Positions 36,330 through 49,659 of a stretch of 64,000 bases of DNA are shown here, piece by piece. The notes beneath the pieces were generated by a model. It saw only the letters and a program-made list of their open reading frames with translations, searched no databases and had not been told where the DNA came from. The DNA is from Okamejei kenojei (Eukaryota): positions 30,070,001 through 30,134,000 of the forward strand of contig CM069156.1 of NCBI GenBank assembly GCA_035221665.1, written 5' to 3'. Position 1 is the first letter of the stretch. Every line of letters begins with the position of its first letter. Both the position numbers and the translations under genes were made by a program.

Positions 36330-36794
36330 ACCTATCATGCTGAGTCTTGGAAGCGTTTTATTTGCTATTAGCAAGCCGAGCATTTATTGCTCAACCCTAA
36401 TTCCCCTTGAACTGAGGCTATAACATCAAATAATTAAGAGTCATTAGACTTCCTTTCTAAAGATCATTCATGTGTTCATAAAATGTAGGAGCAGAATTAG
36501 ACCATTCGGCCCATCAAGCCTACATTGGAAAAAATATGCCATCAGTCATGGCTGATCTATCTTTTCTTCTCAACCCCATTCTCTTGCCTTCTCCCTATAA
36601 CCCCTGACACCCGTACTATGTTCTATTCTGATCTCCAATTTATAAAATGTTTTCATTTATTGTTCCTCAAAGTAGCTGACTTTTGGTTTACACATACAGA
36701 AAAGGATAACAGGAGAAAGTTTTCAAAATGTAACCATCTGTTCTGAGGCAAAACACCAGGATTGCTGCTTCGCACTCAATAATAAAGGGCTGGG

Positions 36795-37315
36795 CAGCCA
36801 TAGAGTTGCTGCCTGACAGGTTTGTAGATTAATTTTAGTTTAGTTTAGTTTAGTTTAGTTTAGAGATACAGCACGGAAACAGGGCCTTCGGCCCACTGGG
36901 TCCACGCCGACCAGCGATCCCTACACATTAACACTATCCAACACCCACTAAGGATAATTTTTCATTTTCCAAGCCAATTAGCCTACAAACCTGAACGTCT
37001 TTGGAATGCGGGAGGAACGCGAAGATCTCGGAGAAAAGCCACGCAGGACACAGGGAGAACGTACAAACTCCGTACAGACGGCCTCCCGTAGTCGGAATCG
37101 AACCCAGGTCGCTGGCGCTGCATTCGCTGTAAGGCAGCAACTCTACCGCTGTGCCACTGTGGCCACCCTAATTGGCTCGGTAAATGTACAAATTGTCCCT
37201 AGTGGGTGTAGTATAGTGTTCATGTGCGGGGATCGCTGGTCGGCGCGGACCCGGTGGGCCGAAGGGCACGTTTCCGTGCTGTATCTCTAAACTACACTAA
37301 ACTAAACTGAAACTA
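36795..37315. mobile_element. HE1 SINE (-, ~36835-37168) nested in an HE1 SINE (+)
   Basis: Host breaks at GTAGATTAATT| and resumes |TAATTGGC. Confidence 0.82.
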
Positions 37316-37599
37316 AAGACTGGAATTAAGGCAATCTTGTTACTATCCAGATGATCTCATGGCAGTAACTTTCATGAAATTACTCATGCATAAACCTCAG
37401 AAACACACATTTTGCGGACACGTTTTTAAACAGCAATCCAGCAATTCCAGTCTCACCATTACTGGTAATTCTATTTTTAATTAATTGAACGTATTCTACA
37501 GCACTCCATGGTGGGAGTCAAAGACATGTTTCTTGATCATTAGAACAGGCGTTTGTCAGCGCAGTAATTTAACCACAAAGCTACCAAAATGCGGCGCAC

Positions 37600-38965
37600 G
37601 GAACAGGAACAGGCCTTTTGGCCCACAATGTCTGTGCCAGACGATGCCAAGGTGAACTAATCTGATCTGCTTGAACATGATCCACATCCCACCATTCCCG
37701 GCATATCCTATCTAGAAGCCTCTTTAATTAGTTATCAGGCAACTGAGCCACTATCTACCTGATTGGAGACCCTCGGACTACCTTTAATCGGACTTTACTG
37801 GACTTTATCTTGCACTCCATTGATGAACTGAACAGTGCAAGAGTCAGGAAGCGAGCGGGCAAGATCATCTCTGACCCCTCTCGCCCTGTCCACAAACTTT
37901 TTGAATCACTTCCCTCTGGAAGGCGACTCCGGACTGTCAAAGCTGCCACAGCCAGACATAAAAAACAGTTTTTGACCACGAGTAGTTGCTCTACTCAACA
38001 GCCAAAAATCTGTCGCCTCCCTTTGATCTGGTACTGTGTTGGTTCACATGCTTGATCAATGGTGTTTTATCGTTAATGTTTCATTATTATTAATGTTTTC
38101 TGAGTCATTCGTAACTGTCACTGTATGTCATGTTGTTACTTGTGGGCGGAGCACCAAGGCAAAGTCCTTGTATGTGAATACTTGGCCAATAAACTTACTT
38201 ACTTACTTACTTAATCTTGCACTAAACGTTATTCCCTTTATCATGTATCTGTACACTGGATGGCTCGATTGTAATCGCGTGTTGTCTTTCCGCTGACTGG
38301 TGAGCACGCAATAAAAGCTTTTCACTGCACCTCGGTACACATGACTCTAAGCTAAACTAATGCCACAATCGTATTTGCTTCCACCACCGTCCCAGGCAGC
38401 ACGCTCCAGGCACTCACCACCCTCTGTGTAAAATAACTTGCCTCGCACATCCCCGTTAAACTTTGCCCCTCACCTTAAAGCTATGCCCTCCAGACGTTGA
38501 CATTTCCATGCTGGGCTAAAAGGTTGTGACTGTCTACCCTATCCATGCCTCTCATAAGGTTACAAACTTCTATCATGTCTCCCCTCAATCTCTAGCGTTC
38601 TAGAGAAACCAATGCATGGTTTAACCAACCTCTCCATGTAGCTAATACCCTCTAATCTAGATACAAGGAATCGCAGATGCCGGTTTACAAAAACAGACAG
38701 AAAGTGCTGGAGTTCCTCAGCGGGTTAGGCGCAGGCGGCCTCTCTGGAGAACATGGATAGACGACGTTTCGGGTCGGACTGAAGAAAAAGGTCCCGAGCC
38801 AGAATGGCGCCTATCCATGATTCTGAAGGGGGGTCCCAACCTGAAACATCACCGGTCCATGTTGTTTGACCCGCTGAATAACTCCAGCCCTCTAATCCCG
38901 GCAGCTTTCTGGTAAACCTCTTCTGTGCCTTCTCCTAAACGTCAACATCCTTCCTGCAATGGGGC
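37600..38965. mobile_element. Nest: HER1-type LINE (-) containing a Rex 3' end (~37725-38360, +), which contains a second Rex (37817-38213, +); also a PLE piece (38658-38887)
   Basis: Inner Rex ORF IISDPSRPVHKLFESLPSGRRLR with (ACTT)n tail and TSD ATCTTGCACT (37807-37816, 38214-38223); PLE TSD CCCTCTAATC (38648-38657, 38888-38897). Confidence 0.85.
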
Positions 38966-39433
38966 GATTTCTCTTTTCCCCTGGTCCAAAAATGTTCACA
39001 TTGTAGGCATTGTGTCATTCGGCATTCAATCCCCCAGTTTAAAACAGTGGCGGTCAGAATTTCACACTCGCTGATAAATGTATTATTTTCCAATAACTGC
39101 TGAGCACATGTTCAACCTTTAAATGTCTGCAACAAGCATCTTCAATTCAGATATGATGAGCTGCCTCAGGATTACTGCACCAGTGTGGCACTTTCTTCCC
39201 ACAGCGGTCATTCCAACTTGGAATGGAAACTGTCCAGGCGTCCCCGCGAGACACATGACTCAAGCAGATAACGTTTTTTTTGTTTACGGTCTACAATTAT
39301 TTTCATCTTCAGGATTAAATTTCAGTTTTTTTCCCCTTTCTTTCTTTCACATCCACAAATCAATGATATTAAAACGCCTGAGTGATGAACAGGTTTTACT
39401 GGATATTTCTATAACTCTGCTCTGGTGATGAAA

Positions 39434-39468
39434 GGGAGGGGGGGGGTCGAGGTAGAGGGAGTGTGAGC

Positions 39469-39499
<31 letters not shown>

Positions 39500-39613
39500 A
39501 GTGAGAGAGAAATAGAGGGCGAGGGGGAAAGAGGAAAATAGAGAGAGGGGAGCGAGAAAAGTAGATTGGGAGAGGGAGAGATCGAGAGATATAAATTGAG
39601 ATAAAGATAGAGA
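39434..39613. repeat. GA-rich purine tract with (GA)n
   Basis: Direct reading; abuts the gap. Confidence 0.9.
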
Positions 39614-39762
39614 NNNNNNNNNNNNNNNNNNNNNNNNNNNNNNNNNNNNNNNNNNNNNNNNNNNNNNNNNNNNNNNNNNNNNNNNNNNNNNNNNNNNNNN
39701 NNNNNNNNNNNNNNNNNNNNNNNNNNNNNNNNNNNNNNNNNNNNNNNNNNNNNNNNNNNNNN
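39614..39762. other. Assembly gap (149 N)
   Basis: Run of n. Confidence 1.
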
Positions 39763-40829
39763 AGGACAAAAAGAAGGGAGAAAGTATAGAAAAGAGGGGT
39801 GGCAGCAGGGAAATGGATTCTGCTTGTCATACAAGATGGACAGTCAGTAGTGCCCAGAAGGCTCACCTGGCACATTGGTAACCATAGTCATTTTCAACCT
39901 CCTTCCTAATTAAACCTATAATTATTACAGGTCAACTCTGGGATTAGTCACAGGGGTATTTTACATTTCAAAAGTAAATACCGGCAGCTGCGGGGAAGAA
40001 TGCCATTACTGAAAAACTTGTCCTTAAACCTTTCCTTTAATTTGAATTGAATTAGAAATAAGATTTTAAAGGGAGTAATGAGCATGAGTAAATGCCAGTG
40101 AACAATTCAAATTTAATTCAGGCCATAACTTCTCCCTGATATGATGGGGTTTTTTTTCCCTGACGAAACGAGATTTGCAATCATATGGTGACTGGCTTGA
40201 CCTCAGGATGCCCTGAGGCATTTTGCAGCCATTGGAAATACCGTCAGGTTCAGACAACAATTCCCGCCAATTTGGTGGAGGAAGCTCCCACAGCAGGCAG
40301 TGTGACAAAGGCCAGGGAGAGCATCAGTACCTCAGGGACAAGTGCTGGTCCTTGGACAATCTGCCCAGCGACCGACCTCCAAGCACTAGATCAGTCACGA
40401 CAGTGCTTCAGTATGTCTCTTATTGCACTCACAGGATAATCTGGCCGTAAAAAAAAGCTCCAGCTGTGAAGAATAACGACTTGAACAAGTACTTTACATG
40501 TAAATCACAAAATCATTGCGAGTCTCAGCACAGGGGGAGGACATTGGGCCCACAGCGTGCAACCAGTGCAGAAAGAACGATTTAGACAAATCCCACTCCC
40601 TAGCTCTGGTTTAGCTCAGTTTAGAGATACAGCACGGAAACAGGCCCTTCAGCCCACATAGTCCAGGCTGACCAGCGATGCCCACACACTAACAAAACAC
40701 ACAGACAGCACCCGAGGTGAGGATCGAACCCGGATCTCAGGCGCTGTGAGGCAACAGCTCTACCAGTCTGTAGTCCCCACAGACTCTAGATCGAGAGTCT
40801 TTCAGATCACTGCACATGATGCCTACTCA

Positions 40830-42590
40830 TGCTGAAAGGAAACATGATAGTAGTATATAAAATTACGAGAGGCATAGATAGGGTTGAGAATCAGAACTTT
40901 TACCCAAGGGTGGGAATGTCAAAGACAAGAGAGCATAAGGTGAGAGGGTCAAAGTTTAAGGTGGAAGTGCAGGGCAAGTCTTTTTACATTGAGGATGGTG
41001 GGTGCCTGGAATTCATTGCCAAGAGAGGTTTAGTTTAGTTGTGTTTAGAGATACATAGAAACATAGAAATTAGGTGCAGGAGTAGGCCATTCAGCCCTTC
41101 GAGCCTGCACCGCCATTCAATATGATCATGGCTGATCATCCAACTCAGTATCCCGTACCTGCCTTCTCTCCATACCCTCTGATCCCCTTAGCCACAAGGG
41201 CCCATCATCCAACTCACTCTTAAATATAGCCAATGAACTGGCCTCAACTACCCTCTGTGGCAGAGAGTTCCAGAGACTCATCACTCTCTGTGTGAAAAAA
41301 GTCTTTCTCATCTTTTAAAGGATTTAAAGGATTTCCCCCTTATCCTTAAGCTGTGACCCTTGTCCTGGACTTCCCCAACATCAGGAACAATCTTCCTGCA
41401 TCTAGCCTGTCCAACCCCTTAAGAATTTTGTAAGTTTTCTATAAGATCCCCTCTCAATCTCCTAAATTCCAGAGAGTATAAACCGAGTCTATCCAGTCTT
41501 TCTTCATAAGACAGTCCTGACATCCCAGGAATCAGTCTGGTGAACCTTCTCTGCACTCCCTCTATGGCAATAATGTCCTTCCTCAGATTTGGAGACCAAA
41601 AACTGTACGCAATACTCCAGGTGTGGTCTCACCAAGACCCCTGTACAACTGAAGTAGAACCTCCCTGCTCCTGTACTCAAATCCTTTTGCTATGAAAGCT
41701 AACATACCATTCGCTTTTTTCACTGCCTGCTGCACCTGCATGCCTACTTTCAATGACTGGTGTACCATGACACCCAGGTCTCGCTGCATCTCCCCTTTTC
41801 CTAATCGGCCACCATTTAAATAATAGTCTGCTTTCCTGTTTTTGCCACCAAAGTGGATAACCTCACATTTATCCACATTATACTGCATCTGCCAAACATT
41901 TGCCCACTCACCCAGCCTATCCAAGTCACCTTGCAGTCTCCTAGCATCCTCCTCACAGCGAACACTGCCCCCCAGCTTAGTGTCATCCGCAAACTTGGAG
42001 ATATTGCCTTCAATTCCCTCATCCAGATCATTAATATATATTGTAAATATATTGTAAATAGCTGGGGTCCCAACACTGAGCCCTGCGGTACCCCACTAGT
42101 CACTGCCTGCCATTGTGAAAAGATACTGCGTGTAGCAGGCCCATCTGCCCACTGAGCCCACGCCGGCCAGCGATCCCCGCACACTTACACTGTCCCGCAC
42201 ACACTAGCGACAATTTGCAATTATACCAAGCCAATTAACCTACACACCTGTACGGCTTTGGAGTGTTGGAAGAAACCAGAGCTCCCGGAGAAAACCCACG
42301 CAGGTCGCGGGGAGAACGTACAAACTCCATACAGACAGCACCCGTAGTCAGGATCAAACCCGAGGCCCTGGCGCTCTAAGGCTACAGCTCTACCGCTGCA
42401 CCACCGTGCCACAAATGATGGAAGCAGATAATGACAGTGGCTTTTGAGAGGCTTTTAGATGCATGTGGATGTGTAGGGAACTGAGTGATATGGATCCCGG
42501 GCAGGCAGAGATTAGTTAAACCTGACATCGTGTTGAGCACAGACGTTGTGGACTGAAGGGCCTGTTCCTGTGCTGGACTCTTCTATGTTA
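40830..42590. mobile_element. Nest: HER1-type LINE (+) containing an HE1 SINE (-, ~41029-42410), which contains a CR1 (-)
   Basis: Each host resumes collinearly after its insert. Confidence 0.85.
41055..42120 (-). pseudogene. CR1 LINE ORF2 RT fragment (frameshifted) with 3' tail
   Basis: VTSGVPQGSVLGPQLFTIY, GCGGATGACACTAAG (ADDTK), KCEVIHFG, RDLGV; TSD AGATAC at 41049-41054 and 42121-42126; very similar to 23061-24175. Confidence 0.93.
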
Positions 42591-43281
42591 TAAAGAGGGA
42601 CTTAAGCCCATGGACCTCTCAGTGGCCTAGAACCACTGAACCCTGGTCCTCAACACTTCGATTCCCGAGCAAACTGTGCTTTCTATTTTTGCGGCACCTT
42701 CTCTCATTAAACGCATAGCTCTGCCCTCTGATACTGATGGTAGTCTTTCTCCGGAAGTGCACAGAGTACCTTTAAGTGCTTTCACTTCCCTCAGGCCAAA
42801 TCCCTCTTATTATTTATTACTCTGGATCTTTCCTCCTGCATAACTATCCGGGTAATTTCCCGTTAGCGTCCCTAATTACTGCTCACAACCTGCACCTTTG
42901 CACACTCATAAATCTAGTCATTGCTTATGGACAATATTAGTTTGCAAAATAATTGCAGCCCTAAGTGCTATATCAGTACTGAACAATTACATGCCCAAAG
43001 AATAAAGCACAGCCACTTCCATGGAAAGCTCCAACTAACTTGGCGTCCTACTGTGGACAAAATTACTCCTTGCTGTCCACTCCCGAATGGTTCTTGTCTC
43101 TCCGGAAAAGTTGCTCTCTCTCCTCATAATTCTTGTCAATGCCATGGCCTCAGCAGGTTCACCTACTTTTTCACACCACCATTATATGATACGCGGCGGG
43201 CTGTATGACCACTCCTGTTGGCTGGCAAGGAATGCCCTGCAGTACACACCAGCTAGCAACAAAAGCAGGAACCAATAAGCA

Positions 43282-43528
43282 TACCAAGGAGGACCCGGCG
43301 CTGGGGGAACGGCGTGACGGGGGGGGGGGGGAGAACAAAGGAGGACTCGGCGTGGGGGGACTGCCATGAGGGAGTAGGTGGGGAGGGGGGAGGAGTACAA
43401 AGGAGGACCTGGTGGGGGATACGTTGTAACTTTGACACGGTCCTTTATGTGGCGTCTATTTGCATACCTTAAGTATGCAAGCGAAGAATTGCACTGTGAC
43501 TCGTCACATGTGACAATAAGGTATTCAT
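43282..43528 (+). mobile_element. G-rich retroelement 3' end with internal CAAAGGAGGAC repeats
   Basis: Ends CACTGTGACTCGTCACATGTGACAATAA (Rex-like tail); possible TSD TAAGCA at 43276-43281 and 43529-43534. Confidence 0.55.
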
Positions 43529-44329
43529 TAAGCACTGCTGCTTCAAGGATGATGAGGAGTGTTGTGGTGTCCAGTTCTCTATCATATCCATGACCACAGA
43601 ATGTGCCCCAGTTCCACAACACACCCAAGAATTCATGAGCAATTTTCTATATTAAAATGAAATTAAACTTGAGCTAACAGAATGATCCTCCCATCAGCTA
43701 AGATGTAGACCCGATCTTCCAACCTACCTGTTTGCGGACCTTGCACTTTTTCTTTGCAACTGTGAAGCTACACGCTTGTTACATAATGTAACATAATGTT
43801 GTGCACTCTGGTAATTCTCTGTTTGCAACACATGTTGTACTTGTGCATGGCTCGATTGTATTCACCGATACTCTGATTTGACCGGATAGCATGCAAACAA
43901 ATTCAGTATCTCGGTGCACGTGCAATAATAAACCAATACAGGAGCTCTATTTACACAAACATTTCCAAGTAGAAAGAGAGAATGTCATTTCTGAGGTGTT
44001 TTACTGCCCCGGCATTTTGTCGGCAAGTAGGTACTTTTGAAGTCTGATCACCTCTCCGAATAGGGAGATGTGTTACCAACTTGCCAGGAGATCCCATAAA
44101 AATCAATGAAATAATGACTAAACCATCTGTTTGGAGGACACGGAGAGTGGAATTAACTCCGGCAGGTCAATGGGGATAAATCACGTACGTGAATGTTGCT
44201 GCAAATTTGCCACATTTTAAAAATCCCGCTGAAAGAACAAATAGGACATCTGCAAAGGTGGTATGCATATCAACAATGCGGCATCCCCCTCAGTACTGTA
44301 CATGGCCATCGGTCAGTGTGCTCTCGGCG

Positions 44330-45040
44330 TAGTTCAGGTTAGTTTAGTTTAGATGTGTTTAGTGATAACAGATGTGGAAACAGACCCTTCGGCCCCCCGA
44401 GTCCAAGCCGATCAACAGTCACCCGTACACTAGTTCTATCCTACACTCTAGGGACAATATACAGAAGCCAATTAACCTACAAACCTGCATGTCTTTGGAA
44501 TATAGGAGGAAACTGGAGCACCCAAAGAAAACCCAGGGAGAACGTGCCAACTCTGCACAGATAGCACTTGTAGTCAGGATGGAACCCGTGTTTCTGGAGC
44601 TGTGAGGCAGCAACTCTACCGCTGCGCCACCATGCCGCCCACTCAAACCTTTGGAATGGGATTTCAGCTCGAAACCTTCTGAAGGAGGTGAAAATGCTAC
44701 CATTGACATGAGCACCAGCACCAGAGTGGCACAGCCGGCAGAGCTGCTGCCGCACTGTGGCACAGACCCAGGTTCGATCCTGATCTCAGATGCTGTCCGT
44801 GTGGAGTTAACATGCTCTCCCTGTGACCGCGTGGGTTTCTTCCGGGGGCTCTGGTTTCCTCCCACTCCCCAAAGGCGTGCAAGTTTGTAGGTTAATTGAC
44901 TTCTGTAAAAATTGCCCCTGCAGTGTTGGGAGTGGATGAGAAAGTGGGATAACATAGAACGAATGTGAATGGGTGATGTGGTCGGCATGGACTCTGTGGG
45001 CTGGAGGGCCTGTTTCCGTGCTGTATGTCTAAATTAAAAC
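44330..45040. mobile_element. Divergent pair of HE1-type SINEs (- ~44330-44641; + ~44724-45040)
   Basis: Both heads, V-domains and tails visible. Confidence 0.85.
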
Positions 45041-45759
45041 AGATACCACATTGGAAAAAATAGTAAATTGGAATTTAATATAAGAGTATCACCATCAATG
45101 TGATGACACTTTTTTTCATTTAATTAAGTAACCATCAAAAATAAGAAGATGCCTGTTTATTCCACATTTAACAAGCTAACACTTCACAACTTTTTTGTGA
45201 CAGCCAATTTGCGCACAACCAGCTCTCACAAAAACAGAATATCATAGACACCAGATAAATTGATTTTGCTTAGTAGATGGCTGATGAATTAATATGACCC
45301 AGGAACTGAGCAGTCCAAAGTCATACCTTCTAGTTACAGAGGCACTGGGGCATAGCAACTAATCCATTATCTTCGTTGAAGGAAGGGATTCAGGGGAACG
45401 CGGCTGAACAAAAGATTTGAATGTTTAAACAGAAATTCTTTGAAGGGCAATGAAAGAACAAGGGAATTTTGTTCCTGAGAGCGGTGCCTCAACAGGCTGC
45501 ATACAATCTCAACAGCACAGTGGCACTAAAACTGGTGCTGGATATATAGATGGAGTCTGTAGTTTGAAGGATTGATGCACTGCATACGCATTCTCTGTAT
45601 TTCTACGGAGTCATAAACTACCCACAGCGGGAGACAAAAAAATCCCACAAAGACTACATAGAATTCTGCACAGTACAGCCATTCAGTCCAATCAGTCTAT
45701 CCCTCACGAGTCTCCTCACACTAGGTCCCAGCTCTTCTTTCCTCTTCATCTATCAACAA

Positions 45760-45985
45760 AAGGTAATCCAGCAGGTCAGCCTGCAACTGTGGAGGGAACG
45801 TACAGGCGACGTTTCGGGTTGAGACTCTTCAACCAAATGAAACATTGCGTGTCGAATCATTGTGAAGAAGGGTCAAAACCCAAAACATCCTTGTCCATTC
45901 CCTCCACAGATGCGGCCTGACCTGCTGAGTTCTTCCAGCACTTGGCGTTTTGCTCTGGATTCCAGCATCTGCAGCTCCTCGTCTC
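45760..45985. mobile_element. Older, diverged palindromic PLE pLTR
   Basis: GACGTTTCGGGTTGAGACTCTTC ... TGAAGAAGGGTCAAAACCCAAAACATC..CACAGATG..TTCCAGCATCTGCAG. Confidence 0.65.
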
Positions 45986-46394
45986 CCCGGGTTATCTATG
46001 TATGTGTGTGGCTGCTGCTGTTTACAATAATGACTGTACTTAGGCATCTGCTGTTGAAACCATCCAGCTTGTTCTGCCATTCTGTGAGATCATGGCTCAT
46101 CTTAACTCTGTGGATCTTTGAAAACAAATGAATCTGAAGTGAATGCTCATAAATAAATTATCACTTAAGTTGAAGTTGCCGCTTGCTTTTCCATTCCCCA
46201 TTCTCCATGAAGTAGTAACTTTCATCTCGCCTATTTATCAGGCTACCTTCAGGAGGCATCTATGGTCAATGCTTCAGTCCCTCTCGCTGGTAGTGACTTC
46301 CACATTCTCATCATCACTCTTTGGGTGAATAGTTTCACCCTAGTTCAATGTTGGCTGTATTAGTGGCTGTCCAATCCTACTTTCCCCAAATTGT

Positions 46395-46830
46395 GGAAAC
46401 CCAGACCATCACACGAACAAACCTCCATTGTCTTTATTTATACCTCACGCTGCCTCGGCGAGGCCTCAAGCATAATTAAACACGAGTCACACTCCCTCTT
46501 CTCCCCTCTCCCATCAGACAGAAGGCATAGAAGTGTGAAAATGCACACCTCCAGATTCAGGGGCAGTTTCTTCCCAGCTGTTATCAGGCAACTGAACCAT
46601 CCTACCACAACCAGCGAGCAATCCTGAGCTGACCTCATTGGAGACCCTGGACTATTTTTAATTGGATTTTCCTGGACTTTATCTTACGTTATTACTAAAC
46701 GTTATTCATGTTATTCCCTTTATTGCATTTCTGTGTACTGTAGATGGTTTGATTGTAATCATGTATTGTCTTTCTGCTGACAAGTTTTTCACTGTACCTC
46801 GGTACGCGTGACTGTAAACTAAACTCAAAG
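46395..46830 (+). mobile_element. Rex/Babar LINE 3' end
   Basis: ORF 46391..46627 SHSLFSPLPS.RR.RS...TSRFRGSFFPAVIRQLN. Confidence 0.85.
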
Positions 46831-47569
46831 TCAATAAACATGTTTCAACAGGAAAGTAATGGATGTGCCCTCTTGCTTAATTCATTACCATGATCTGACC
46901 ATCATCAGTACTGGCCAGAATGCCACATCTATTCCTATGTAGGCTTTTAGATTAAACCTAGAAACAGTTTTCCACAGTTTTCCATGACATCATTTAACCC
47001 TGTTCCCAGAAAGTGACTAGTTTGTGGAGCGAGGAGAATAGGGAATGGAAAAGGAGGCTGCAACTTAAATTCGTATTAATTTATTCATGAGCACCCACTT
47101 CCGATTCAATTGTTTTTAAAGGATCGTGCAGTTAAAGTCACAATCTCATAGAATGGAAGAATAGGCACAATGGTCTGAACAGTGTATTCCTAAATCAGTC
47201 ATTATTGCAAAACACACATACAACAAATCAGTGAAAGATGTACTCACATAGGAAGCAAGATGGCTCATTTGCGCACAGCAAGTGCCCAGAAGCAACAACT
47301 TGATAAACAAGAGGGATGCAAGAAACTGTAGATGATGGAATCTAGAGCAAGATTCAAATTGCTGGATAAACTCAACGGTTCAGGCAGCATCTGTGACAGG
47401 AATGGATAGACGACATTTTGGGTTGGGACCCTTCTTCAGACTGAATATCCCGTCATGAGGTACCACCTACCAATCCTGCCACAGATGCTGCCTGACCTGC
47501 TGAGTCGTCCAGAGCTTTCTGTTATGCTGCACGTGATAAACAAAGGAGATACTGTGCTGTTGACGCAAT

Positions 47570-47900
47570 GTTCATTGCGCATTAGTCAAACATCTGCCTG
47601 GGGCGGAGGTATAGACCGCAGTCATGATGACGGAGGTGAATGGCTCGTAGGGACACATTTCACTGCGAGGTGCTCCAGGTGCAGAGAGCAGGAGTTGGAC
47701 AACGTCAACACTTCTGAGCACCAGGAAGAGTTTACTGAGGTAGATGCGATGCCTCTCCCTTTTCCTCACGATGGGATGGATCAAGTCAGCTTTGGGTTGG
47801 AGGGTTGAGCCTGGAGACCTGGTGGTGAGCCATGTCTCTGTGAGATAGAGTAGACAACACTTCCTTGCGTCCCTTTGGTACAGCAGTCACGCCCTTGACA
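47570..47900 (-). pseudogene. Rex/Babar APE endonuclease remnant
   Basis: Minus-strand LTETWL, LEHLAVKC and FTSVIMTAVY..PQADV motifs across frameshifts. Confidence 0.7.
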
Positions 47901-48049
47901 GACACCATTGTATGCAGATGCCGAGAAGTGACGCAACAAGACAGACACCATTGTATGCAGATGCCGAGAAGTGTGTTCAGCTCTGGCTGAACAACTTCTA
48001 ATCATGTGTGTGAACTCGACAAGAAGGAGACCTATGTATATAAAAATGC

Positions 48050-49460
48050 TATTCATGGACTCAGCCTTCTATATCGTGATAAGTTCATTTCTAAACTTCT
48101 GGATCTTGGCTCCTCCTTCTGCAAATGTCTTTGACATTACTTAACTGGCAGACCTCAGTCACTTAGATTTGGTCATAACTTTTTCCTCCACCCTGACCCT
48201 CAACACTGATGCCCCTCAGGGCTGTATGCTCAGTCCCCTGCTCTACTCCCTGCACTGGTGCGGTCAAGTACAACTCAACTCAATCTTTAAGTTCAGTGAT
48301 AACTTGCTACATGGGTGGGTTTAAACTAGAATGGCAGAGGGGGGGAGGGTGGGGGAGTACTGTGGCAGGTGAGAAGCTGGTCGTCAATATGGAAGGTGAT
48401 GAAAGAAGGTTCAGTGGACAGAATAGGCAGAAACATGGCAGGGAGTAATTATTGCATTTATTTTGTGAGAGACTTGATGGGTAAGGCAGAAGAACTGAGG
48501 GGATGGATAGGTACTTGTGGCTGGGATGTTGTCAATGTGAAAGAACCTGAGTCTCGAATCGAAACGTCACCTATTCCTTTTCTCCTGAGATGCTGTCTGA
48601 CCCGCTGAGTTGCTCCAGCTTTTTGTGTCTATCCTGACTCAGCCATGATATGCTCATTTCTAACCTTCTGGATCTTGGCACCTCGATCTGCAATTGTCTT
48701 CTAGATCTCCTGTCTGGCAGACCTGGGTCACTTAGAATTGGTCATGACATGCTCACGACAATGCACCATCTTATTTACTTTTGTGGACATCCAGGATTGG
48801 GCATGTTCATGATGACTCTCTCGAACCAGTACACATGCTTCGCAGAAAGTACTCTGACGAGATGCATCTCATCCTGGTGTGGCAACTGCTCTGCTCTTGA
48901 CCTCCGGAAGCTGCAGAGAGAGGAGGACACAGCCCAGTCCATCACGGGCTCATCACTTCCTTCCATCCAATCCATCCTCACAGTGCGTTGAATCAGGAAG
49001 GTGGGGGTGGGGGTGGGGGGGGGTTATCGTAAGGGGTGCCTGACAAACTCGCCAATCTCTTATCTCCCTTCTACCTCCTGGCAAGAATGTAATACAAGGT
49101 ATTACAATACATGCAGTACAAGGATACAAGAGTTTGAAAGCCCAGACATCCAGACTTAAGAACAGCTTCTTCCCCACTTCTATCAGACCCCTGAAGCAAT
49201 CGCCTACTTCACACGGCCTTCCCGGAGGTGCTGCTGCAAACTCACCCTGACCTCTACCTCATTCAGTTAATCCATTGTTGCACTCAGCCATTTCTTTTTT
49301 CTTTATTTTTGATGTCTCTTGCGCCACCCTGCTGTTTTGTACCTGTCATTGTGTTTATTGTTGTATTTATCATTACTCTATGCATTCTGTTTACTCTGTA
49401 AGGTTCGCGCGACTAAGGCATTTCATTGCCCCCATGGTAAACATGGCAATAAACTGATCT
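48050..49460 (+). pseudogene. Rex/Babar RT and C-terminal remnants, interrupted by CR1 endonuclease and PLE pieces (~48310-48635)
   Basis: TGRPQ..STLTLNT.APQGCMLSPLLYSL; ESTLTRCISSWCGNCSA.D.RKLQR..TAQSITG..LPSI; TSRLKNSFFP; tail GCAATAAACTGATCTG. Confidence 0.75.
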
Positions 49461-49659
49461 GAATCAGAATCTGTGCTTTTAACGCAATAAAAACACAATG
49501 GAAACACTCAGCAGGTCAGGCGCCGTCTACAGAACGAGAGACAGAGTCGATGTTTTAGCTTTCAGACTCTTCGTCAGAACTGGGATTGCGTGCTCACCCA
49601 TTAACCCAGTTCTGCTCCAGGACCTGAAATATTAACTGTTTCTCTTTCGACAGGAAAAA

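Noticed and set aside
39347-39875. ORFs spanning the N run
   Set aside because: Artefacts of the gap and the GA repeat.
47897-47973. Repeat-spacer-repeat (34-9-34 bp) as a mini CRISPR
   Set aside because: Only two copies with a 9-bp spacer; a simple local duplication.
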